From positions 460,582 through 481,557 of the forward strand of contig RQSC01000033.1 in the NCBI GenBank assembly GCA_013416795.1: a stretch of 20,976 bases of DNA. The letters run 5' to 3'. The position numbers were made by a program, and so were the translations under genes. Of the stretch, positions 11,009 to 19,075 are shown in pieces. The DNA is from Prasinococcaceae sp. CCMP 1430. Lineage: Eukaryota > Plantae > Prasinodermophyta. The stretch's first letter is position 1. The number at the start of each line of letters is the position of its first letter. The notes beneath the pieces are model-generated. The model saw nothing but the letters and a program-made list of their open reading frames with translations, was not told the origin of the DNA and did not search any database.

Positions 11009-11795
11009 ATGCGGCCGCGGCCTGCGTCCGTGCGCGTGCGCCGGTGCACGACGGCAGAGGCACTACTGTCGGCGCTCCCCGCGGCGCGCGCGGAGGAGGC
11101 GCCCACCCGCGAGCTGCTCAAGAACTGCGGCGGGTGCGCCTTCTACCGCTCGGAGGACGCGGGCGCCGGCGCGTTCGACCTGGCGAGCTCCTCGTACGGC
11201 CTGCTCGTCCGGGAGGGCGACTGCGCGGACGACTGCGAGTTTCTCACGCTGGCGGCGGGCGGCGGCGGCAGCGGCCTGGCGGGCGGGCTGCGCGCGCTGC
11301 CGCCCGCGCCCTTCGCTGGAATGGCGTCGCTCGAGACGCTCTGGGTGACGGGCCACAACCTGAGCGCGGCGGGGCTGCCCGAGAACATGCTCGAGGGGCT
11401 GCCCAGCCTCAAGAACCTCCACCTGGGCCTCAACCAGCTGGCGGAGGTGCCCGCGGGCTTGCTCAAGCCGGTGTGTGGCACCCTGCAGAGCATCGTGCTG
11501 AGCCTCAACCTGCTCAGCACGCTGCCCGCGGGCTTCTTCGACGGGTGTGGCGAGCTCAAGTACCTGTTCGCGGCGCAGAACGGCATCGAGTCGCTTCCCG
11601 CGGGCATGCTGCTGGATCTCACCAGCCTGATCTTCATGGACCTCAGCGGCAACAGCGGGGAGCTATGCCTGGCGCCGGGCGACGTGCCGCCCTCGCTCAA
11701 GCTCACGTTCGGCGCTGTGGGGTGCGCCGTCCTCGACGGCCCCACCGCGGTGGACCCCCCGCCGGCGGCGCTGCCGCCGCCGCCGCCGCCGCTGC
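11009..11795 (+). CDS. Extracellular leucine-rich repeat protein with Cys caps and poly-Pro tract; both ends uncertain
   Basis: About 5 typical LRRs (LETLWVTGHNL, LKNLHLGLNQL, LQSIVLSLNLL, LKYLFAAQNGI, LIFMDLSGN) with LPAGFF/LPAGML linkers. LLSALPAARA-EE resembles the end of a signal peptide. Coding character is lost after the (CCG)n tract near 11790, although the frame stays open to 12514. Confidence 0.8.
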
Positions 11796-12712
11796 CGCAA
11801 AGACCGCGCGGCGCGGGACGCGGCGCGCGGCGGAGGCGCAAGTCAACGTGGCATCGCCGCCTCCCGCCATCGGCTTCGCGGACAGCCAGGGGAACAGGGG
11901 GGGGGGGGGGCGTCAGAGGGCCGCCGCCGCCGCGCAAACTGGCCCCGCCCGTGGTCGCGCGATCCGCTCGCGCGATTTTTCCGCCCCACTCTGGTTGGCA
12001 CGCAATCCTAACTAATGCGCTCTTTTGTAACTGTCCGAACGGACCGTCGGAATTCCCTTTGTTTCGACGTGCAAATGCTGCTAACCGACACCGCAATTGC
12101 TGCGCGGCCGCTTCGAGGCGGCAAACCGCGACTTCGCCGGTGCGCTGGCAGGCAGTGGTTGCGGCGGCGGGAGCGGCGTGCACTGGCACGCACGCGCATG
12201 CTGCTGCTCTGGTCGGAGGTGAAGAATCAGTGCGTTCGACCGGCGAGCTGATAACTGTTCGCGCCGGTGCCCGCCCTCTCACCGTGGGGAAAGAGATGCG
12301 ACCACGCACTTTTGGTACCTGGAGGAAACGTTTTCGGGAGGGCTCCACGTGCCTACAGCTGATCTCAGGCGTCGGCGCGCTGGCACCTACGCAGCCTCGC
12401 ACGGCAGGGCGCGCACATCGACAGGCCTGCAGTGAAGCCGGCTCTGCTGGGGGAGGGCGCGAGCGACCCTCGGCGCCTCCGAGCCGAGGCAGCAATGATG
12501 TGTGTGTGTATTAAAGATGATCGAGGGTTTGTTCGTTTCCAGATGGCGCGTACAATCACGCGCTCGAGCGAGATGGCGCGTGGGTGGGGGCCGCGCACGC
12601 GAGGCCGCCCGCCCCGAGGGCCCGAGAGAGGCCGCTGTCCCGTCCATTCAGGCGCATCCAAGCGCAGTGGTCTGTATCTGTATGTAGTCACTCTGCGTTC
12701 TCGCACGCTCGC

Positions 12713-13501
12713 TCAATCCGATTCGTCCAGCAGGTCGACCATGTCGTAGTCGTCGTCTGCGTCGTCGTCGAGCTCTGCGTACTTGACGCGCTTGTGCTCC
12801 CGCGAGGAGCGCCGCGCGCCCGCCGGCGGCGGCGCGGGCTTCAGCGGGCTCGTCGCCTGCGCGTCGTCTTCGGCCGCGCCCCCGCCCGGCGCGTCGCTGT
12901 CGCCGCGCGGCGTCTGCGAAGGCAGCGTCTGCGACGGCAGCGTCTGCGAGCCGCCCCCGGCGCCCTGGCTCTGCTGGCTCAGGAAGAAGTCGTCGGCGGC
13001 GACGCCCGCCTCCTCGCCGTGCGGCCGCGCCGCCAGCACGCCGGCGGGCACGTCCAGCCGGTGCTCCTCGGGGTTGTCCTCCTTGGTGCCCACCCACGCC
13101 CACTCAGAGAACGCCACCAGCGAGTCGAAGACGTCCTCGACGGCGACGTCGTTGCGGCCGACCTTGAGCGACGCGTACCGCGCGTTTGGGTGCACCCGCG
13201 CGCCGGAGAGCTTGAGGCGACCCTCGGGGAAGTCGATGTACATGCAGGGCGTCAGCGTGTCCAGCCCCTTCACCGACCCCAGCACGCCCGCCGCCGCGGG
13301 CCTCAGGCCGCCCGGGAGCGCCACGAGGTGCCTGCCCTTGCGCTTGGTGGGCTTGGCGGTCACGTTCAGCCCGCGGGCGCGCCGCAGCGCGGCGGGGAGC
13401 TTGGGCGCGTCGGGGTCCAGGGCGTCTGCGGCCGCGCCGGTCGCGGCGACGCGCACGCGGGCGGGGGCAGCGCTTGTACGGCACTGAGCTGCGAGAGACA
13501 T
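12713..13501 (-). CDS. RHL1: ROOT HAIRLESS 1 homolog (DNA topoisomerase VI accessory subunit)
   Basis: KRKGRHLVALPGGL...LDTLTPCMYIDFPEGRLKLSG...HPNARY...EDVFDSLVAFSEWAWVGTKEDNPEEHRLDVP matches the plant RHL1 core. The 5' end is either ATG 13501 or acceptor cgcag with the exon starting at 13425. Confidence 0.88.
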   Translation of the reverse strand: MSLAAQCRTSAAPARVRVAATGAAADALDPDAPKLPAALRRARGLNVTAKPTKRKGRHLVALPGGLRPAAAGVLGSVKGLDTLTPCMYIDFPEGRLKLSGARVHPNARYASLKVGRNDVAVEDVFDSLVAFSEWAWVGTKEDNPEEHRLDVPAGVLAARPHGEEAGVAADDFFLSQQSQGAGGGSQTLPSQTLPSQTPRGDSDAPGGGAAEDDAQATSPLKPAPPPAGARRSSREHKRVKYAELDDDADDDYDMVDLLDESD

Positions 13502-13533
13502 GCTGTACGTCACCTGGGAGTGCTACTACGTAC

Positions 13534-14395
13534 CTGTTGCCGTCGGGGTGGAGCTCGTATCTCTCGCCGGAGGCGTCCTCGGCCAGCAGGTAGCCACCAG
13601 GCGTGAGGCCCTTGATCACCATCCGCAGGGATGAGCCGGCCTCCAGGAGGGTCACACGCTGGTTCGTGTGCAGCCAACTTGCTGTGTACTCGTCCTCGAG
13701 GGCCTGGAAGCCGCGCTCGCGCATCCGTGCCTCCAGTGACTCGTACTCCCGGAGCGTGGCGGCAAGCAGAGCTTCACGGCTGAGCAGCGGCGCGTCCGAC
13801 TCTCCTCCAGTCGCCTCCCTGAGCAGCGCATTGACGCACGTGGTTGGCTCCTCGTTGCTGACATTCACACCGAAGCCGATTGCGACGCGAAAGGTGCCGC
13901 CGGCATAGGTGCTCTGGCACAGTACGCCGCCGATCTTGTGCTTCCCGGCGTAGAGATCATTGGGCCACTTGATGCGCACGCCCAGGTCGCGGCTGGTGAG
14001 CGTGCGCAGCGCCCGAATGACCGCGAGCGAGATGACGTACTGCACGTGCGGCAGCGTTGCGCCGTCGTGCCACTCGGTAACGAATGTCGCGCACAGGCAT
14101 CCGCGCGGCGACGTCCACGCATTGCCGCCCCGACCAACGCCAGAGCGTTGAACGTCTGCGACCACGACCGCGCCGTCGACGAACGCGCCCATGTTGTTGT
14201 AAATGATTGGCTGCGTCGACGGAACGACAGCCGCGTAGTGGCACACGGCGCCAATGCGCGGCGCTCCGTCCCCGCTCTGTTGCAGCGTGGCGAAGTACGC
14301 CGACGTGTCGAACTCGCAGCCGCCAGCTTGCCCCGAGCTGCCGAACGACACGTGCACCCGCGCAGCCGCCACGTCCTCTGCGCTTGCGTCGCCAC
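13534..14395 (-). CDS. HCS: Biotin--protein ligase / holocarboxylase synthetase, large internal exon
   Basis: VVPSTQ, ADVQRSGVGRGGNAWTSPRGCL, VQYVISLA, IKWPNDLY, KIGGVLC, IGFGVNVSNEEPTTC, WLHTNQRV, YELHPDGN. Ends at donor AG|gtacgt (13533). The short last exon is missing and the 5' side is cut at 'n' 14398. Confidence 0.93.
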
Positions 14396-14438
14396 CTNGT
14401 CCGTGCGGGTGTGTGTGCGGGGGCGTTGAGAGGAGCAG

Positions 14439-14930
14439 GCAGAGATATCAGCGGGCACGTCGCTGGCGGCGACCGCCGCCGCGTGCGCCGCGCAGCTCGC
14501 CACGGCGGCGCCCGCGCTCGCCGACGGACCCTCGCCGCTGGACATCTTCGCCCAGTTCTGGGTGTGGCGCGCGTCGTCCCCGGAGCTCGTCTTCCTGACG
14601 TTCGTGCTGCCCACCGGCATCACGTACGCGATCTTCACGGTGCTCATCGCGCGGAAGACCGAGAGGCGGCTCAACGAGCTGCGCGAGATGGGCGCCGAGG
14701 AGAAGTTCAAGGAGATGGGCCTCGAGCTCGACTCGCTCTCCAACCTGCGGGACATCAACTACTTCTACGCGCTCGCCACCCGCGACATGCTCAACGAGGA
14801 GGCGCTCCGCGCGTACGTCAAGAAGAAGAAGAACGAGCTGCGCGTGAAATCGGCCATCATCTCCTTCGACGATGAGGATGAGGACGAGGAGGCGGACGTG
14901 GCGGGCGTGCCGGACATGCTCAAGAAGTGA
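14439..14930 (+). CDS. Unknown single-pass membrane protein, terminal exon, possibly thylakoid-targeted
   Basis: Acceptor gcag at 14438 and strong GC3 codon bias. AAACAAQLATAAPALA-DG resembles a thylakoid-transfer peptide with an AxA site. One TM segment (LVFLTFVLPTGITYAIFTVLIA), a charged tail and TGA at 14930. Confidence 0.7.
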   Translation, partial: AEISAGTSLAATAAACAAQLATAAPALADGPSPLDIFAQFWVWRASSPELVFLTFVLPTGITYAIFTVLIARKTERRLNELREMGAEEKFKEMGLELDSLSNLRDINYFYALATRDMLNEEALRAYVKKKKNELRVKSAIISFDDEDEDEEADVAGVPDMLKK

Positions 14931-15926
14931 GAGGGCGAAGCAGCTGGGCGCGCTCGGACGGATGCGCGCGCGCAGCCCGCGCGCCCTCGCGCCCCCCACC
15001 GCCAGTCCTCCCGTTGCGCGCGCCCGCCCTGTGCGACGGACGGGGCGGACTGCCGCATCGAGCAGGAGGGAGGAAGCGGGGGGGGGGGCTTCAAGCGGGC
15101 GATGCTCAAACAGGCGCCAGGCGTGCTCAACCCTTGAGGCGGCAGCCCATACCAATTTCTCTGTATTTTCGTCGCTGTGACGCACCTCTCGGCAGTACGT
15201 GTCCGGCCGTCGGCGCCCCGCGTGCACACGTAGACCCTCGCGCGCCAACGCGCTACTCCTCTACACGATGCTCGGCGATGATGCGCCCGACCATCCCCCG
15301 CGGCGCTCGCTTGCCATTTTTCCGCCCCGCGCCAGGAAAAAAAAAATGCGAGAATCCACTGTGCCAGCTCCCGAATCCGCACGAGGTGATGGGGAGACCG
15401 ACCGACGGGCGCACCGCGAGCGAGATGGGTGAGGACTCTGCTGCTCGGTGGAATTCGGATCGACGCTCCGCTGGCGCGCGCCCCTTCGTTTTCCACAAAA
15501 AAAAAAAACAAAAAAAAATTGAGGAGGTGACTGCGAGGGGCCGACCCAACCGCGCGCGGATTTGTAAATCCCAAAAAAAAATCCGCCGGACGAAATCACG
15601 TCCTGGAGAGTATCTCATCACGCGTTTATTCGTCAAAAAGTGCAGAAAGCGCTCGCGAAATTGCACGGAAAAATGACGTGGCGCAAACGTCCTTATCGCG
15701 GGCGCCGTTTCTGCCCGAGCGGGGAGGCCGCAGGAGGGGGGAGGGGCGGGAGAGGCGGGGGTGGGGGAGGTGCGGCGGTCTCGCGGCGCGCGTGGGCCTG
15801 TGCGGGTGGTCGACGGGCGCAGGTGGTGCCAGACGGCGCGCGGCGGGCGAAGACTCGCGCGCGCGTGGGCCCCGGGCGGGCCCGCGCGCGCGTTCGCCCG
15901 AGCGACGATGTCGGCCACGCCAGAGC

Positions 15927-16342
15927 NNNNNNNNNNNNNNNNNNNNNNNNNNNNNNNNNNNNNNNNNNNNNNNNNNNNNNNNNNNNNNNNNNNNNNNNNN
16001 NNNNNNNNNNNNNNNNNNNNNNNNNNNNNNNNNNNNNNNNNNNNNNNNNNNNNNNNNNNNNNNNNNNNNNNNNNNNNNNNNNNNNNNNNNNNNNNNNNNN
16101 NNNNNNNNNNNNNNNNNNNNNNNNNNNNNNNNNNNNNNNNNNNNNNNNNNNNNNNNNNNNNNNNNNNNNNNNNNNNNNNNNNNNNNNNNNNNNNNNNNNN
16201 NNNNNNNNNNNNNNNNNNNNNNNNNNNNNNNNNNNNNNNNNNNNNNNNNNNNNNNNNNNNNNNNNNNNNNNNNNNNNNNNNNNNNNNNNNNNNNNNNNNN
16301 NNNNNNNNNNNNNNNNNNNNNNNNNNNNNNNNNNNNNNNNNN
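15927..16342. other. Assembly gap (416 N); single-n scaffold joins also occur at 3027, 5680, 14398 and 18344
   Basis: Seen directly. Confidence 0.99.
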
Positions 16343-16505
16343 AGGGCGCAGCACCTCACACAGGCCCTCGAGAGCCTCCTTGCCGCCCGCGGCGAAGACG
16401 GGCACGCCGCGCAGCAGGTCCATGAAGATGCCTATTTGCAGCGCGCGCGTGAGCGTCTGCGGCAGCTCTTTGATGATCGCATCCTGATCGTACTTGCGGT
16501 GGCGT
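16343..16505 (-). CDS. Fragment of a cyclic-nucleotide-binding-domain ion channel (C-linker and start of CNBD)
   Basis: RHRKYDQDAIIKELPQTLTRALQIGIFMDLLRGVPVFAAGGKEALEGLCEVLRP fits the il..LP..Lr..i......ll..vP.F......l..l...L.P pattern. It runs into the N gap. Confidence 0.7.
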
Positions 16506-16803
16506 GGCCCGCCGCGCGGCGCCGCCACTGTGGCGCGTCCCCGCCTTCCCCCCCACACGCCCTCCAGCAGCCGCGCGCGCAGGCTGCAGCCGGCGTCCCC
16601 CCACGCACAACAAAGCAAGCAAAGTCAACAACAGGCAGCTCTTCGATCCAAGCCCCCGCGCGCACCAACGAAAAGCTCCGAGGGAGAAAGCCCGCGAAAC
16701 TGAAGGAAAGCTCCGAAAATAGCGCGCGCGCCCCACCCCGACGGGAAGGGAAGGCGAGGCCGCGCGCCGGCGCCGGCGACGCGCGTTTGGGTCGTTGCTC
16801 AGT

Positions 16804-16812
16804 TTAGGGTTT
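16804..16812 (-). promoter_or_regulatory. Telo-box / interstitial plant telomere unit AAACCCTAA
   Basis: TTTAGGGTTTT at 16803-16813 in intergenic DNA. Function is unproven. Confidence 0.4.
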
Positions 16813-17399
16813 TCTGATGGGGTCGAAGTAGGGTTCGTGTTCGGGTGCGACTCGACTCCCCCATCAGATCGCACGCGTCCTGCCGACGCCGGCCGAAGCG
16901 CGGGTGCTTTGGTTTTGACCTGGGTGGGGCTGCAGGACAAAATGCATGTAAAACCATTCGCATGGCATTATTGCGTGCGTTGTGACACGACCGGCAAAAG
17001 ATCCTTCGCGCGCGGGCCCGCGCCGCGCCACGCGCGCGGCGGAACCGCGGAGGGCGAAAGAGGGCGTGGGGAAGTGCGTTTCGGTAGCGTCCTGCGGCGC
17101 GGGGCGCGCGCGAAAGCGCCCGGAGCGGGAAAGAGCGCTGCTGCGGCGTCAGCAGGGAGTGATGACGCGCGGCGCGCCGCCGGCGGCAGGCGGGGTGGGG
17201 GGGTGGGGAGGCGGCGCGCGCCACACAGCGGGCGCCTCGCGTCCCTCTCCCCTTGCACGCATCCCCCTCCCCCGCCCCCCCTCCTTCGCGCCCTCCCTCG
17301 CTCCCACCTCTCGTCCTCGAGGGGAGCGGCGAGCGCGGGGCGGGAGGTCGGGATCGGATGGCGGCCTCGCGAGCGGGAGCGCGCGCGGCGGCCGCGCTC

Positions 17400-17575
17400 G
17401 CGGCGGCGGCGACGGGGACAGCGCTGCTGAGTGCGACGCCCTCAGCAGCGACGTGGAGTCCCACGACGGCGAGGAAGAGCTCGCCGGGGATGGCGACGCC
17501 GGACCGCTCAATTGCCATCTGCAAGTGGGCGAGCAGCGCATGGTGCGTGGGCGCAGGCACGCGCGCTCGCGCTGA
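17400..17575 (+). CDS. Possible 3' coding fragment of an unidentified gene (GDGDSAAECDALSSDVESHDGEEELAGDGDAGPLNCHLQVGEQRM...)
   Basis: Coding-like codon bias, TGA at 17575 and TGTAA at 17587 and 17603. Alternatively it ends at donor ATG|gtgcgt (17543). Confidence 0.35.
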
Positions 17576-17657
17576 GGGACACTGCGTGTAATACAAAGAA
17601 GGTGTAAATAGTGCCGCAGGTGCATCACACGCGCGCGGTGAGCTCGCGCGCTCTGAT

Positions 17658-18343
17658 TCACCAGTTGTCGTCCGACGGCTTCCCGTCGAGCTGGGGCTTG
17701 GCGGCGAGGACCTGCACTTTGCCGCCAGCGGCGATCTCGAGTACCTGCGGCGTGCCACTGAAGATGCCCCTACTCATGCCCACGTCGATGCGCCACACGC
17801 GCCCGTCACACGAAGCATTTGCGCCGCCTTCCTGCGGCGTGTGCCCCACCACCATTCGCTTCGCCCCGGTCGCCTCGAGCACGCTGCTCAGGTCGTTGCA
17901 GACGGACTCGTTGCTGGCACGGCCGTACACGCGCGTCCAGTACACGCCACCGTCGCCGTTGATGACCTGGCCCGGGAGCTTCCCGACGCCGCTCATCCAC
18001 GCCGCCATGTCATAGTTTACTTTTTCGAGTCCGTACGCCACGTGCTGCGGGAGGACGCCCGCGTGCGCGAAGAGCGTGTCGTCGATCTGTAGCACCGTCG
18101 GGTTGGTCGCGAGCGCCATCGCGAGCGGACCGCCCGGCGCGAACAGGGCGAAGCGCGCCTCGGCTGCGGCGGTGAGCGTCCAGGGATCGCCCTCGGGGCG
18201 CGGACCCTGCGTCTCCTCGATGTACATTGCCGTCTCGCGGAACCCTCCCAGCGTCACATAGCGGAAGTCCCCCATTACGTTCATCGCCTCGTGGTTGCCG
18301 TGCAGCATGAACACGTCGCCGCCAGCTTCCTGCGCCTCCTCGC
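17658..18343 (-). CDS. SLP1: Shewanella-like protein phosphatase (PPP metallophosphoesterase, SLP1-like), C-terminal part
   Basis: LHGNHEAMNVMGDFRYV, LFAPGGP, TLFAHAG, VYWTRVYG, RMVVGHTPQ, VWRIDVGMS. The N-terminal GDxHG and GDxxDRG motifs are lost at 'n' 18344. Confidence 0.9.
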
Positions 18344-18344
18344 N

Positions 18345-18374
<30 letters not shown>
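18345..18374. repeat. G30 homopolymer next to a scaffold join
   Basis: Seen directly; may be an artefact. Confidence 0.8.
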
Positions 18375-18375
<1 letters not shown>

Positions 18376-18586
18376 GGAAAGAAGGAGGAGGGAGGAAGAG
18401 GGCCAGCCAGTCCCTTCCGGAAGCCCCCGCCTTCACCACCTGCCCACACCACACCACGCCACACCGCACCACGCCGTGCGCACAATTTTTGTTCGTTTCC
18501 TCGCCACGGCGTCGGCGCGTGAGATCAGGCAGCCCATGCAAGCACAGCCCTTACGCACGCGCGCGCGCGCGCGCGCCGCGCACACC

Positions 18587-19075
18587 TCACGTCTGCGCCT
18601 GCAGCGCCGTCCGGATGAGCTCGCCGAGCGGCTTGTAGTCGGGCTCCGCGTCGCCCTCGCTCACGGCGGCCACCTGCAGCTGGTCGTGGAAGTAGCCCGC
18701 CGCGTGCCACTGGCACATCTTGAGCGCCTCGAACGGCCCCTGCGTCTTGCCGCTGTCGTCCAGGTAGCGCCACTCCTTGGAGGCGTTGAAGAGCGACGCC
18801 GCGGCGGCCACGACCGCCTCCGCGGAGGGCGCCGGACCGCCGCCGCCCTTCTTGCCCCCCTTCCTGCCCGCGCCCTTGCCGTTGCCGCCGCCCTGGCCGC
18901 CGCCGATCACCAGGTCCGTCCGGACGAGGCCGCGGCTGGGGTCCGCCTCGGCTTTCAGGTTGATGGCGCCGCCCAGCACGACGTCGCCGCCGCCGCCGCC
19001 GCCCCTGCCCTTCTTGCCGCCCCGGCCGCCACTGGCGCCGCCGTTGCCGCTGCCGCCGTTGCCGCCGGCCGCGCC
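18587..19075 (-). CDS. GYF-domain protein fragment with Gly/Lys-rich region
   Basis: WRYLDDSGKTQGPFEALKMCQWHAAGYFHDQLQV is the GYF consensus. It ends at TGA 18589-18587 or at the overlapping donor AC|gtgagg (18590). No start is visible. Confidence 0.88.
   Translation of the reverse strand, partial: GAAGGNGGSGNGGASGGRGGKKGRGGGGGGDVVLGGAINLKAEADPSRGLVRTDLVIGGGQGGGNGKGAGRKGGKKGGGGPAPSAEAVVAAAASLFNASKEWRYLDDSGKTQGPFEALKMCQWHAAGYFHDQLQVAAVSEGDAEPDYKPLGELIRTALQAQT

Noticed and set aside
10103-12514. 803-aa ORF and many other long Arg/Ala/Pro-rich ORFs (e.g. 616-2034, 2445-4022, 3921-5390, 8129-9472)
   Set aside because: These are shadow frames caused by very high GC and rare stops. Only the sub-segments with family motifs and GC3 bias are credible.
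13503-13533. 31-nt GT-AG intron that would fuse HCS in frame to RHL1
   Set aside because: Far shorter than the other introns here (90-203 nt), and it would drop the conserved HCS C-terminus.
15575-15622. C/D-box snoRNA on the minus strand (GTGATGA C-box)
   Set aside because: No CTGA D-box follows, and the segment before the T-tract is too short.
15253-16807. ORFs spanning the N run
   Set aside because: Artefacts of translating through the gap.
6012-17116. E2F-like sites (TTTCGCGG at 6012; reverse-strand matches near 16692 and 17109)
   Set aside because: Short CG-rich words are expected by chance in this composition and cannot be supported without enrichment statistics.
18345-18374. Poly-Pro insertion in SLP from the G30 run
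   Set aside because: It sits directly at a single-n scaffold join and is non-coding or artefactual.
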